The notes beneath the pieces were generated by a model. That model saw only the letters and a program-made list of their open reading frames with translations. It ran no database searches and was not told the origin of the DNA. This document shows positions 28,651-38,641 of a stretch of 64,000 nucleotides of DNA, one piece after another (position 1 is the stretch's first letter; each line of letters opens with the position of its first letter). The DNA is taken from NCBI GenBank assembly GCA_963664195.1, contig OY760907.1:3776353-3840352 (forward strand), given 5' to 3'. A program made the translations under genes and the position numbers. The DNA comes from an uncultured candidate division Zixibacteria bacterium. GTDB lineage: Bacteria; Zixibacteria; MSB-5A5; GN15; FEB-12.

Positions 28651-30020
28651 CAGTTGGTCTCCATACCAGATACAGCTGTCGTTTCCAATTCCTCGACTTG
28701 TCCAATCTTCACCGGCAACAGCAACGCAAACTGTGCCCCACCCGAGGAAGACCGTTCGGCGATAATCTCTCCCCCGTGCGCCTTCATAATCTTCCAGCCA
28801 ACTGCAAGTCCAAGCCCATTCCCGCCGTTCTTAGTCGTGAAGAACGGAGCAAATATCTGCGCCAACGTCTCGTCGTCGATCCCGGGACCAGAATCGGTGA
28901 CACGCAGCTCAAAGACAGTTTCGTCAAGCCCGAGAAGCAATCGGTCGCCGTATTTCTCGGTGGCCCGCTGTCTTGGCAGCTTGCGATACACCATACTTAT
29001 CCGGCCCTCGGTGCAACAGGCTTCGCAGGCGTTGGTGAACAGGTTAAACAACACCTCACGATACAGCACAGGGTCAATCCATACACTTATCGGGGCGGCT
29101 TCAGGCCGATCCGGTGCCTGGATATGGAAATCCATAGCCTCGGCCAGATCGACATTATCCCTCTTGAAATGTTGTACGACGTTGTATATGTAGTCGTCGA
29201 AGACTACTTGCTCGCGGTTGACTTCTTCGTTTTTGGTGTAATCGAGCAGTGTGGTAACGGTTCGGTTCAGTGTCTCAACGCCATCGGTGATCTTCGACAC
29301 CAGCTTCTGGCAGGGGTCGTCACCAGGAATGTCGCGTTTCAGCAACGATCCGTAGCCGAGAATTCCTGACAGCGGGTTCCGCACCTGATGAGCGACCTGG
29401 GCAGCCATCTCCCCCAAAGCAGCCAACGTATTGAGGCGGGCGATTTCCTGCTCCATCTTCTTGGTCTTTGTGAGATCGTAAAAGACCTCCACCGCACCGT
29501 TCGCGCGACCGTTCTTGTCCTTGAGAATCGCTGTGGAAACGGAGACCACAAGACGGGTGCCATCCGGCAACTCCAGCACTTTCTCAATATCGGCAACAGA
29601 CCTGCCTGTCTCGGCTGCGCGCAGCGCATTGGCATCGAACCGATCTCCCGGCGGGATGACGTCACGGTACGGTTTTCCCAGCGGGTCACGCAAAGGGATC
29701 CCGAGCATCAGCGACGCGGCCGGATTGAAGGAGGTCACATGGCCATCCTGGTCGACCGCTATCACCCCGGCTGATATGGAGTTAAGGATATTATCGAGGA
29801 ACTCGGTAGCGGCCAGATTCCGCGAAGTCATCTCGATCAGTCTGCGATTGGTTTCGACCAGTTTGTCGTTCTGGGCAGAAAACTCATCCTTGAGCTCGAT
29901 ATACTTACGCTGCAGCGTGTTGATTACACGATTAAACGAAGCATACGAATCCGCGAACTGGGAGATGTCTTCTGTCGGGGTTGCTGTCGCTTGTATCAGT
30001 ACGTCCTGTCGGTCACCCAT
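28650..30020 (-). CDS. Cytoplasmic PAS sensor histidine kinase (FlgS/FlrB-like)
   Basis: Coiled coil + PAS + AHQVRNPL H-box, DSGPG, FFTTKNGGNGLGL; no TM segment; coupled to the regulator. Confidence 0.92.
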   Translation of the reverse strand: MGDRQDVLIQATATPTEDISQFADSYASFNRVINTLQRKYIELKDEFSAQNDKLVETNRRLIEMTSRNLAATEFLDNILNSISAGVIAVDQDGHVTSFNPAASLMLGIPLRDPLGKPYRDVIPPGDRFDANALRAAETGRSVADIEKVLELPDGTRLVVSVSTAILKDKNGRANGAVEVFYDLTKTKKMEQEIARLNTLAALGEMAAQVAHQVRNPLSGILGYGSLLKRDIPGDDPCQKLVSKITDGVETLNRTVTTLLDYTKNEEVNREQVVFDDYIYNVVQHFKRDNVDLAEAMDFHIQAPDRPEAAPISVWIDPVLYREVLFNLFTNACEACCTEGRISMVYRKLPRQRATEKYGDRLLLGLDETVFELRVTDSGPGIDDETLAQIFAPFFTTKNGGNGLGLAVGWKIMKAHGGEIIAERSSSGGAQFALLLPVKIGQVEELETTAVSGMETN

Positions 30021-30087
30021 AGCCTATCCTTTTTCTGTGTGCTCTAGAAAAAAGGACCAGCGGGGGATTTCTTCAACAAAAACTTAG

Positions 30088-31209
30088 CTAAAAATAGCTG
30101 GTGATCTCTTCGACGATATGATCTATCGGGGCGACATGATCGACTATCTTTGCCTCAATGACCGCCCGAGGCATACCGTAAACTACGCAGGAGGCCTCGT
30201 CTTGAGCAATCAGAATACCGCCCTTGGAGCGTATGTTCCTTGAACCGACAAGACCGTTGGACCCCATGCCGGTGAGCATGACCCCCATGGTGCTCTTGCC
30301 GTAGGCTTCCGCGACAGAATTCATGGTCACGTCAACACAGGGCTTGTACAGTGTGGTCGAAGGTTCTTCGGAGATGATGACTCTCGCCCGTCCACCTACA
30401 CGGCGAACAGTGATATGCTTGCCGCCCGGCGCAATGAGCACCAGACCCGGCTCGATCTGATCACCGTCAACCGCCTCGCGAACCGCAACTTTGGACAGAC
30501 CGTCCAGCCTGGTCGCCAGCGACTTGGTGAACATCGGAGGCATGTGCTGCGCGATTACAACTCCAACCGGAAGATTCCTCGGCAAATTCGGTATCACTGC
30601 CTGAAGAGCCGGGGGACCACCCGTTGAGGAACCGATCGCGATTATCTCGATCTTGTGATGTCGGCGGCCGGGATGAGCATAATCTGTCGCCGCCTCGATC
30701 ACGGGCTTCACCTGCCTGGCCGCAGCCTCGCTGCCACCCTTTGCGGCATCACGGAACGACCGCCTGGTGCGGTACTGGGCCATAAGGATGTGCTTGCGGC
30801 TGACGATATGCTTGATCTTGGCAAGCAGGTCTTCCTTGATCTTGACGATATCGAGTGACACGTATGACATCTGCTTGGGGATGAAATCCACGGCACCGAG
30901 TTCGAGCGCCTCAAGAGTGGCCTCGGCACCATCAGTCGTGATGGAAGACACCATCATCACCGGCACCGGATTGGTAGACATGATCTGCCGAAGTGCGGTC
31001 AGTCCGTCCATCCGCGGCATTTCGACGTCCATCGTCACCAGATCCGGTTTGAGCTGCTTGGCTTTCGCAACTCCCTCTTCGCCGTTCCGGGCAGAGCCGA
31101 TGACTTTGACATTCGGATCCGACTCCAGCATCATCGTCAGGGCCTTGCGCATGAAGGCGGAGTCGTCCACCACAAGAATCCTAATCTGTTTGTCAGCAGT
31201 GTTGGTCAA
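30088..31209 (-). CDS. cheB: Chemotaxis methylesterase CheB
   Basis: REC + GSSTGGP, QHMP, LTGMG, CVVYGMP. Confidence 0.97.
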   Translation of the reverse strand: MTNTADKQIRILVVDDSAFMRKALTMMLESDPNVKVIGSARNGEEGVAKAKQLKPDLVTMDVEMPRMDGLTALRQIMSTNPVPVMMVSSITTDGAEATLEALELGAVDFIPKQMSYVSLDIVKIKEDLLAKIKHIVSRKHILMAQYRTRRSFRDAAKGGSEAAARQVKPVIEAATDYAHPGRRHHKIEIIAIGSSTGGPPALQAVIPNLPRNLPVGVVIAQHMPPMFTKSLATRLDGLSKVAVREAVDGDQIEPGLVLIAPGGKHITVRRVGGRARVIISEEPSTTLYKPCVDVTMNSVAEAYGKSTMGVMLTGMGSNGLVGSRNIRSKGGILIAQDEASCVVYGMPRAVIEAKIVDHVAPIDHIVEEITSYF

Positions 31210-31226
31210 GCGAGTACCCGTCCCGG

Positions 31227-33005
31227 CTAGAGTTTCCTTGCAATTGTGAATAGTCCCAGAAGATCGACGATCAATCTGATGCGGCCATCTCCAAGGATCG
31301 TGGCTCCGGCAACTCCCTCAGTGGACCCGAGATACTTGCCCAGAGACTTGATCACCACTTCTTCCTGTCCGAGGAAGCGGTCGATGATAATGCCCAGCTT
31401 ACGGTCTGCCAATCCGACAATCACGATATACGGCTTCTCGGTCAGGATGAATCCAGCCGAGTTATTCCTCAGCAACTCACCGATATTGATAACCGGGATT
31501 ATTTCGTCGCGCAGCCGGACTACCGGTCGCTGATTAATGTACGAAATATCCGAGGCGTCGGAACGCACGGTCTCATGCACCGATGCAAGCGGCAGCACAA
31601 AAACCTCCTCGTCCGATTCGACAAGCAGTCCCTGCACAATCGCCAGAGTCAACGGAAGCTTGATAGTAATGGTCGTGCCCACTCCCTTGGTTGACTCAAG
31701 CTCAATCAGACCGCTAAGCTTCTCGATATTCGTACGAACAACATCCATTCCAACGCCACGCCCGGAGACGTCCGAGACAACCTTGGCCGTCGAGAACCCC
31801 GCCTCAAAGATGTACTTGAAAACCTCTTTGTCGGAGAGCCGCTCGACTTCGGTTTCAGTCGCCAGACCCCGTTCAACCGCCTTGGCACGAATAGCGTCAA
31901 CGTCAAGACCTTTCCCGTCGTCTTCGATTATTATGAGAATATTCGAGCCTTCCTGAGCGGCGGAGAGCTTGACCGTACCTTTGGCGGGCTTACCGGCTTC
32001 GGTACGCACGTCCGGTGCCTCGATGCCGTGATCGCAGGAGTTCCTGATAATATGCACGAGAGGATCACCGATCTCCTCGATGACCGAACGGTCCAGCTCG
32101 GTGGTTTCACCCGAGATAACCAGATCGATCTGCTTCCTGCTGTCACGAGCAAGGTCTCGCACCAACCGCGGGAACTTGCCAAACACCTTGCCGACCGGCT
32201 GCATACGCATTTTCATGACCGACAACTGGAGTTCGGATGTAATATAGTTGACCGAGGCGGCCTCGCGATTGAGCTGCTCCTTGACGTCGCCGATGTCCTC
32301 ACCCTTATTGATCTGGCCGATTGTCTGCACCAGACTGTTACGCGAGAGAACCAGTTCACCCATGATATTCATCAGAGAGTCAAGCCGGTTGACATCGACA
32401 CGAATGGTCTGATCGCCGGCTTTACGGGCCGCGGTTTTCTTTTCGATGGAAGTAGCATTGTTCGCAGGAGCCGCCTCCACAGCTTCAGCCGGAAGTCGCG
32501 ATTCTGTGTCCTCGACAACAATTGCTGCCTCAGGCGCATCATCCTCAGGAAGCACTTCTTCCGCCGGTGAGTTTACGGTAGCCGTCTGGACTTCCTGCGG
32601 TGCTCCCTGCGCAGCAAGGAGTCGTCCGATGATGTCGTCGAGATTCAACTTCTCGTCGTTTTGTGATCGGACGTTTTCCAGCAGCACTTTGAGGATGTCC
32701 AAAGACTCCAACAGCAAATCCATGATCTCTGGCGTCACAGAAAGCTCTGACTTGCGTAGCTTATTCAGGATGTCTTCCATCTTGTGGGTCAGTTCAGTAA
32801 CCTGCTCAAACCCGAGGAAGCTGGACGTGCCTTTCACCGTGTGCGCTGCCCGGAAAATCTCGTTGAGGAGATCCAAATCTCCAGGAGCGGACTCCAGTTT
32901 CACCAGGTTGGTGTCCAGAGAATCAATCAGTTCATCTGCTTCGATAAGGAAATCATCGATAATCTCCTTCATCTCATCCAGTTCGAATTCGGTGTCATTG
33001 GCCAT
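31227..33005 (-). CDS. cheA: Chemotaxis histidine kinase CheA (no obvious P2 domain)
   Basis: HPt FRAAHTVKG; IRVD..RLD; GFSTA..VSDVSGRGVGMDVV; C-terminal CheW-like domain. Confidence 0.97.
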   Translation of the reverse strand: MANDTEFELDEMKEIIDDFLIEADELIDSLDTNLVKLESAPGDLDLLNEIFRAAHTVKGTSSFLGFEQVTELTHKMEDILNKLRKSELSVTPEIMDLLLESLDILKVLLENVRSQNDEKLNLDDIIGRLLAAQGAPQEVQTATVNSPAEEVLPEDDAPEAAIVVEDTESRLPAEAVEAAPANNATSIEKKTAARKAGDQTIRVDVNRLDSLMNIMGELVLSRNSLVQTIGQINKGEDIGDVKEQLNREAASVNYITSELQLSVMKMRMQPVGKVFGKFPRLVRDLARDSRKQIDLVISGETTELDRSVIEEIGDPLVHIIRNSCDHGIEAPDVRTEAGKPAKGTVKLSAAQEGSNILIIIEDDGKGLDVDAIRAKAVERGLATETEVERLSDKEVFKYIFEAGFSTAKVVSDVSGRGVGMDVVRTNIEKLSGLIELESTKGVGTTITIKLPLTLAIVQGLLVESDEEVFVLPLASVHETVRSDASDISYINQRPVVRLRDEIIPVINIGELLRNNSAGFILTEKPYIVIVGLADRKLGIIIDRFLGQEEVVIKSLGKYLGSTEGVAGATILGDGRIRLIVDLLGLFTIARKL

Positions 33006-33022
33006 CGGTCGGTTCTTCCTAT

Positions 33023-33622
33023 CTACTTTGAGTTCCCTGCAAAGAGAGAATCGATATCTTCCTGATTGGTTTTCTTCTCGAACATGTCCGCGTTCGGATC
33101 GTACGCACGTGCCTTCTTGACCGGATGTTCCTCAGTTCCTTCCGCAGTTGATGGAACGCCCCCGACAGTGCTGAGAACCTGTCCGAGCTTGCCCTCAAGA
33201 TCTTCGAGCAAAGAGGCCGCGTGATCCATCTGCTGCGCAGTGATGTCCTGGAATTGGAGAGAGTCCATGATCATGAAGGCATCGTTGAGATTGGTATTCG
33301 CCTTCTCGGAGAGCGTGTCCACGACGCTTGATATCGACTCGGTGTCGCCACTCTCCACAGCCTGCTTTATCTGCGAGAGACCGTCGATGACTTCCTCCTC
33401 GCGCTGCGTGATGTGTTCGATCATATCGAGCATCTGGTGAGCGGCGGCTTCTGTCTGCTCGCTAATCTTGTCGAGTTGATTCGTTGCCTCGGGCACTTTC
33501 TCCTGGGATTCGATCAGAGGGCGTTTTAGCCGTTTGAAACTTTCCACGAGACCGGAAATTGAAGAAGTGAGTTCTTCAAGCTCGCGCTGGATTCTGACCT
33601 GCAAATTTTGATTGGCCGACAT
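33023..33622 (-). CDS. cheZ: CheZ-family phosphatase
   Basis: LQFQDITAQQ (DxxxQ) and C-terminal QEDIDSLF; start 33622 with GGAGG RBS. Confidence 0.85.
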   Translation of the reverse strand: MSANQNLQVRIQRELEELTSSISGLVESFKRLKRPLIESQEKVPEATNQLDKISEQTEAAAHQMLDMIEHITQREEEVIDGLSQIKQAVESGDTESISSVVDTLSEKANTNLNDAFMIMDSLQFQDITAQQMDHAASLLEDLEGKLGQVLSTVGGVPSTAEGTEEHPVKKARAYDPNADMFEKKTNQEDIDSLFAGNSK

Positions 33623-33647
33623 GTTTATAACCTCCTGCTTTCCAGCG

Positions 33648-34022
33648 CTAGCCTGCCAGTACCTGGTTGATTTTGTCTTTGAGCGTGTCCGGCGTAAACG
33701 GCTTAACAATATAGTTGTTAACCCCGGCCTTCATCGCTTCCATAATATCGTCCTTGACGGAACGCGTCGTCACCATGAGAATCGGCAGCGCTTTGTACTC
33801 GTCCATGGACCTCAGCGTCGTGACAAACGTGAGACCGTCCATTTCCGGCATGTTCCAGTCGGTTATGACAAAGTTCGGCTTCTCGACTTTGATCTTGGCC
33901 AGAGCATCTTTGCCATCATTGGCCTCGATCACATCGGTGTAGCCAGCGCGCTTGAGCGTGTTGATTATGATCCGTCGCATAGTCGGACTGTCATCAACCG
34001 CGATAATCTTGAGATCGGCCAC
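33648..34022 (-). CDS. cheY: Chemotaxis response regulator CheY
   Basis: DDSPTMRRII, TDWNMPEMDG, NYIVKPFT. Confidence 0.93.
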   Translation of the reverse strand: MADLKIIAVDDSPTMRRIIINTLKRAGYTDVIEANDGKDALAKIKVEKPNFVITDWNMPEMDGLTFVTTLRSMDEYKALPILMVTTRSVKDDIMEAMKAGVNNYIVKPFTPDTLKDKINQVLAG

Positions 34023-34055
34023 TGTACCTCCTAAGCTTCTATTGCGTATGCGTTT

Positions 34056-34427
34056 CTACTTCAAGTGTTTGGTCACCTCGGACAATAACAGAGATGACTT
34101 GAACGGTTTTACCAGGTACGAGCTGGCCCCGACATGCAAACCCTTTTCCTTGTCCTCGTCGGCTTCTTCCGACGTGAGAATGATGATCGGCGTTGCCCTG
34201 TGCTGGTGATTTTGTCGCACCGCCTCGATCAGCCCGTATCCATCGAGATTGGGCATATTGAGGTCAGTGATGATAAGGTCCACGTCCTCCGCGGAATTGG
34301 ACATCTTCTCCAGCGCGTCCATCCCATCGCAGGCAGTAATCACAGTGTATCCGCCACTCTTCAGAGAGAAGGAGACAAACTTGACAACTGTCGGAGAATC
34401 GTCGACTACGAGAATTGTCTGACTCAT
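34056..34427 (-). CDS. CheY-like single-domain response regulator
   Basis: VVDDS, TDLNMP, YLVKPF. Confidence 0.9.
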   Translation of the reverse strand: MSQTILVVDDSPTVVKFVSFSLKSGGYTVITACDGMDALEKMSNSAEDVDLIITDLNMPNLDGYGLIEAVRQNHQHRATPIIILTSEEADEDKEKGLHVGASSYLVKPFKSSLLLSEVTKHLK

Positions 34428-34464
34428 TACTTTTGTCCCGTATTATAAAGCCACATTTTTTCGT

Positions 34465-35481
34465 TTACTTCTTCGCATTGGTCTGTTTGATTTTCGCCAA
34501 CAAATCCAACGCGCGCGAGGCACCGGAGGCGGCCGAGGTTGATGCCGCACGGGCGGTTACACCGCCTGTCGCACCCGTGGCCGCAAATGTCGATGTCGGT
34601 CGCTTCGATGCACTTCCCGCCGCAACCGCTTCTTTCTGATATACCAGAGCATTCTTGAAATAGACCAGTTTGAATGCCTTGGAAATACCGTGAAGCGTCT
34701 CGGAGTGCCCGATATAGAAGTAGCCGCCCGGCTTCAACGCATTGAAGAAACCGCGGACAACTGCCTTTTTCACATCTTCAGAGAAGTAGATCATGACGTT
34801 GCGGCAAAAAACCGCATCCATATTGCTCACGACCGAAATCTTGCGTGGGTCGTTCAGGTTCATGTGTGAGAACTTCACTAACGCCTTCACCTCAGGCTTG
34901 ACCCGATACAAATCGCCAACTTTAGTATAATAGCGATTGAGAATGTCCGGCTTCACGTTGCGCAAGGTAATCCCGGAGTACTCGCCCTTACGCGCCTTCA
35001 GCAGAACGTCCTCAGAGATATCATTCGCGACAATTTCCACGGTCCAGCCGACCAGGCTCTTGAGTTTCTCCAGGAGTATGATTGCCAACGTGTACGGTTC
35101 CTCTCCCGTGGAGCAGCCGGCCGACCATATTTTGATGGTCTTGGGACCTTTCGACTTCAATTTCTCGTCGATTATCAACGGCAGAACTTCGTCAGCAAAA
35201 CACACTAGCTGCGGTTCGTTCCGGAAGAAGCTTGTCTCATTAGTGGTCATAAGCACCATGAGACGGTTGAATTCCTTGAGAGATACATCGTACTTGACGT
35301 GATAGAAGTAGTCTCTCACGGTCTTCATGTCGAGTTCCGCCATGCGCTTTTGCAGGCGGTTCTTGACAAGATACATTTTGTTTTCCGCAAAGAAGATGCC
35401 ACTCTTTTCGTGGATGAAATCACGAATCATCTTGAATTCATCAAGGGACATCTCAATGTCTTTATCAAAGCTTGATATCAT
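34465..35481 (-). CDS. cheR: Chemotaxis methyltransferase CheR
   Basis: TTNETSFFR, IWSAGCSTGEEPY, FCRNVMIYF, GHSE. Confidence 0.97.
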   Translation of the reverse strand: MISSFDKDIEMSLDEFKMIRDFIHEKSGIFFAENKMYLVKNRLQKRMAELDMKTVRDYFYHVKYDVSLKEFNRLMVLMTTNETSFFRNEPQLVCFADEVLPLIIDEKLKSKGPKTIKIWSAGCSTGEEPYTLAIILLEKLKSLVGWTVEIVANDISEDVLLKARKGEYSGITLRNVKPDILNRYYTKVGDLYRVKPEVKALVKFSHMNLNDPRKISVVSNMDAVFCRNVMIYFSEDVKKAVVRGFFNALKPGGYFYIGHSETLHGISKAFKLVYFKNALVYQKEAVAAGSASKRPTSTFAATGATGGVTARAASTSAASGASRALDLLAKIKQTNAKK

Positions 35482-35519
35482 ACAGCACCCTTTTCCACTC
35501 TCGTGGCCACGGCTCCCAT

Positions 35520-35900
35520 CTACTGTCCTTCGTTGCTGCGAAGCTTAGACTCAACCAGCTTGTAGAGCTGGTTAATGTTGAACGGCTTTATCACGTAGTC
35601 CTCAACCTTGCTTCGCAAGGCGTTCACGGCAGTGTCAACCGAGGGGAAACCCGTCATGAGAACGACCGGGATCTCCGGGTGACTCTCCTTGACCCGCGAG
35701 GTTAGGGTGAGACCGTCCATCTCCGGCATCCTTATATCAGAAAGCACCAGGTCAATCTTATTGGCATTGATAATATCCAAGGCCTTTTCTCCGTTTTCGG
35801 CCACAGAGATATTCCACCCCTGCCCAGAGAAGAAATCGTATAGTAGATCCCTAATCAGCAGTTCGTCGTCTACAACCAGGATTGAAGGTTTGTCCATCAC
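35520..35900 (-). CDS. Single-domain response regulator
   Basis: ILVVDDE, SDIRMP, YVIKPF. Confidence 0.9.
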   Translation of the reverse strand: MMDKPSILVVDDELLIRDLLYDFFSGQGWNISVAENGEKALDIINANKIDLVLSDIRMPEMDGLTLTSRVKESHPEIPVVLMTGFPSVDTAVNALRSKVEDYVIKPFNINQLYKLVESKLRSNEGQ

Positions 35901-37804
35901 GATGCATCCTCGATTTGTTCAATCGCCAGTTCTGCCGCCTTGGCCAGATCATGGTTCTTGTCCTCGGTCAGTTCACTGAGAACAGGAACCGCCTCACTGC
36001 AACCCATTTGGGCCAAAGCCTTGGTGGCCGCGATCTTGATGATGTCCATGTCATCTTCCAGATACGGCAAAACATATTCGGCAAACTGACTGTCGTTCAG
36101 TTCTCCGATCGAAGCGATGGTGTGGTACCGAACCCAGACGTCGGCGTCATCGAGCAGGAACCGTATATCACTTATCGCACCACCGCCTTTCAGCGTGATG
36201 AGTGCGCTGACCGCGACTTTTCGCACGGCGCTATTCTCGTCGTTAAGGGCAATCACTATCGGTTCGGGGTCGAAAACCTGTCCGATACGCGCCAGTGAGT
36301 TTATCGCCGACTTCCGCACCGAAGGATCATCGTGATTGATCGCGCTCAACAGCGGATTGACCACATCGGCCTCACCGATCCACCCTAGCGCCGTCACGGC
36401 CAAACGCTGACGTTCGGCATCCTCGTGGTGCAAGTCTTCGGTGAATTTCGCCACCGCCCGGGGACCACCGATAATTACCAGGGCTCCCACAGTAGCCTCG
36501 CGGACATCCGGATACTTGTCTTCCAGACCCGGAAAGACCGTCTCGACCTCATTCTCAGTGCACAACCAGCCGAGCGCGGAATAAGCAGCCGCTCTCACAT
36601 GGCCGTTGACGTCGGTAGTGAGTTTTTTCAGTTCCTCGACAGCACCGGAATCACCGCAAATGCCCAGGATATGGGCTATCTTCTGGCGGATTTCCGGGTC
36701 TTCGTTTTGCACGAACGGGAGGATGTCTTTCGCAATACTCTTGTCCGCAAACTGCTTGAGAACATCGAGCAGTTTCAGCTTCAAACCCTTCGAGGCGTTG
36801 GGGATTTTGGCGATAATCGGTTTCGCAGCCGGTATACCGACCTCTCCGAGAATCTCCGTAATCTTCTGAAGCCGATCTTCGTCGACATAATCGATCACTT
36901 CAAGCAGGCCATCAATGACACTCTTGCCATACCAGTGTGTCAACCGGGACAGGGTGAAGTCGGTCACCGCGTCATTGCGATTCTTGATACCGTCAAAGAG
37001 GTATTCGGAGAAGCGATCCAACGGCAGTTCGAAATCCACCTGACCTTCGTTGGCCTGATTGATCTCGATGATGGCGTTCATCGCCGACTCGCCGACGGTG
37101 GAATCCCCATTCTCGAGGAATTTCGCCAGATACGGCACGGATTCCGGTCGGCCGATCTTGCCAATCGCTTCAATCACAACGAACAGAGTGATCGGGTCAT
37201 CGCCACCCAGCAGACCGTACAAGTGCTCCAGTGCCTCAGGCTGACCGATCTTTCCCAATGCCTCAAGGGCAGGCAGTCGGGCGTCCTCAATCTTGTCGGA
37301 AACGGCAATCAGGTCACTCACGGCGTCACCCGAGCCTATCTCACCAAGCGCCTCAGCGGCAGAGCAGACGACGTTTATATTGTCGTCCCACAAACGCTGC
37401 TTGAGTGGCTCCACCGCTTGCTCGTCTTGAATGAGACCCAGAACGTCGCAAATGAATTTGCGCACGTCATGATCGTCGCAGTCGATCTCCTCGACCAGCG
37501 ACGGTACTGCCTGACCACCGATTTTCACCAGAATCTCGGATGCCAGGTTTCTTGTCCCAATGTCCTCATGGGCCAGGAAACGAATCAGCAGCTGGGCCGC
37601 GGTAGTACCCTTAATGCGAGCCAGATGGTCAGCGGCAAGTTCACGAATTCCCAGATCGGGATCTTCCATCGCCAGCACCAGCCCGGCAACAGCTTCGTCC
37701 TCACCATAGACACCCAGTTCTTTAACCGCTTCTTCACGTTCGAAAAAATCCGGGGATTGCAGTTGGGTCAGCAATTCACCAATCTGTTCTGCAACATCGC
37801 TCAT
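35897..37804 (-). CDS. HEAT-repeat protein
   Basis: Recurrent D.D..VR..A..ALG.IG...AV..L units over 635 aa. Confidence 0.9.
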   Translation of the reverse strand: MSDVAEQIGELLTQLQSPDFFEREEAVKELGVYGEDEAVAGLVLAMEDPDLGIRELAADHLARIKGTTAAQLLIRFLAHEDIGTRNLASEILVKIGGQAVPSLVEEIDCDDHDVRKFICDVLGLIQDEQAVEPLKQRLWDDNINVVCSAAEALGEIGSGDAVSDLIAVSDKIEDARLPALEALGKIGQPEALEHLYGLLGGDDPITLFVVIEAIGKIGRPESVPYLAKFLENGDSTVGESAMNAIIEINQANEGQVDFELPLDRFSEYLFDGIKNRNDAVTDFTLSRLTHWYGKSVIDGLLEVIDYVDEDRLQKITEILGEVGIPAAKPIIAKIPNASKGLKLKLLDVLKQFADKSIAKDILPFVQNEDPEIRQKIAHILGICGDSGAVEELKKLTTDVNGHVRAAAYSALGWLCTENEVETVFPGLEDKYPDVREATVGALVIIGGPRAVAKFTEDLHHEDAERQRLAVTALGWIGEADVVNPLLSAINHDDPSVRKSAINSLARIGQVFDPEPIVIALNDENSAVRKVAVSALITLKGGGAISDIRFLLDDADVWVRYHTIASIGELNDSQFAEYVLPYLEDDMDIIKIAATKALAQMGCSEAVPVLSELTEDKNHDLAKAAELAIEQIEDAS

Positions 37805-37841
37805 TTACGATACCCCTCCTTTAGACAGCGTTAATCGCGCC

Positions 37842-38195
37842 TTACTGGTTGACAGCCGCCGATTCGAAAGAGCTAAGCGCTTCTTCCTCGGTGGCGTAAA
37901 TCTCAAAGATGTGCGACAACTGGGTAATCTCAAAAATCTCCTGTACGTAGCTGGCCAGATTGGAAAGAGTCAGTCGGCCTTTCATGAGGCGGATTTCTTT
38001 CATAATCGACACCAGAGCACCAAGACCGGAGCTGTTAATGAAATCCACATCGGACAGGTTCAGGTGGATCGACGTCACACTCTTCTCGAACTGCTGCTTC
38101 ATGTGGTCCTTGAGCGTTCCACCGCTGGCAAGGTCCAGTCTCCCATCCAACGAGATAACGGCAACGTTATCCTGCTGACGTGATTTGATTTCCAT
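37842..38195 (-). CDS. STAS anti-sigma-factor antagonist (RsbV/SpoIIAA-like)
   Basis: GRLD; VDFINSSGLGALV phospho-Ser motif; IFEITQL. Confidence 0.93.
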   Translation of the reverse strand: MEIKSRQQDNVAVISLDGRLDLASGGTLKDHMKQQFEKSVTSIHLNLSDVDFINSSGLGALVSIMKEIRLMKGRLTLSNLASYVQEIFEITQLSHIFEIYATEEEALSSFESAAVNQ

Positions 38196-38213
38196 GTCTT
38201 CCTCCAAAGAACT

Positions 38214-38639
38214 TCAATTATTGCGAACGATTTCTTTTTCTATTTCAAAAGCGATGGTCACCCGCAGGCCGCCTTCTCCTGTTTCAGCGAAACGGACATC
38301 CGACGCAAAGTGACGCATAAGGTCCACGCCGCGCCCGCTCTCTGCTTCGAGAGCTGCCGGTGCCTTGCCCCTTATCTGGTCTATTCCGTCTTTTCCTTGA
38401 TCAATAATATCGGCAACGATTTCAGTTTCGTTCACTGCCAGAAGCAGAATAATCCGCTTTGAGTTGTCTCCCCCGTTGCCGTGAACCACTGCGTTGGTGA
38501 TGGCCTCGGACAGAACCAGGAGCAACTTGCGGCCGAGGCCAACTTCGATATCGTGCCGCTCCAGGACTGTCTGCAAATCATCAAGCGCAGCATCGACCGA
38601 CTCGACGGCAGAAGAGTATGTGAAGGTATACTCGCTCAT
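38214..38639 (-). CDS. Anti-sigma factor/Ser kinase (RsbW/SpoIIAB-like)
   Basis: SEAITNAVVHGN, DQG, ESGRGVDLM. Confidence 0.9.
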   Translation of the reverse strand: MSEYTFTYSSAVESVDAALDDLQTVLERHDIEVGLGRKLLLVLSEAITNAVVHGNGGDNSKRIILLLAVNETEIVADIIDQGKDGIDQIRGKAPAALEAESGRGVDLMRHFASDVRFAETGEGGLRVTIAFEIEKEIVRNN

Positions 38640-38641
38640 GC

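Noticed and set aside
36425..37834. Long plus-strand ORFs antisense to real genes (also 54507-55706, 2403-3266, 39062-39952)
   Set aside because: Shadow frames of well-supported minus-strand genes in GC-rich DNA; no motifs
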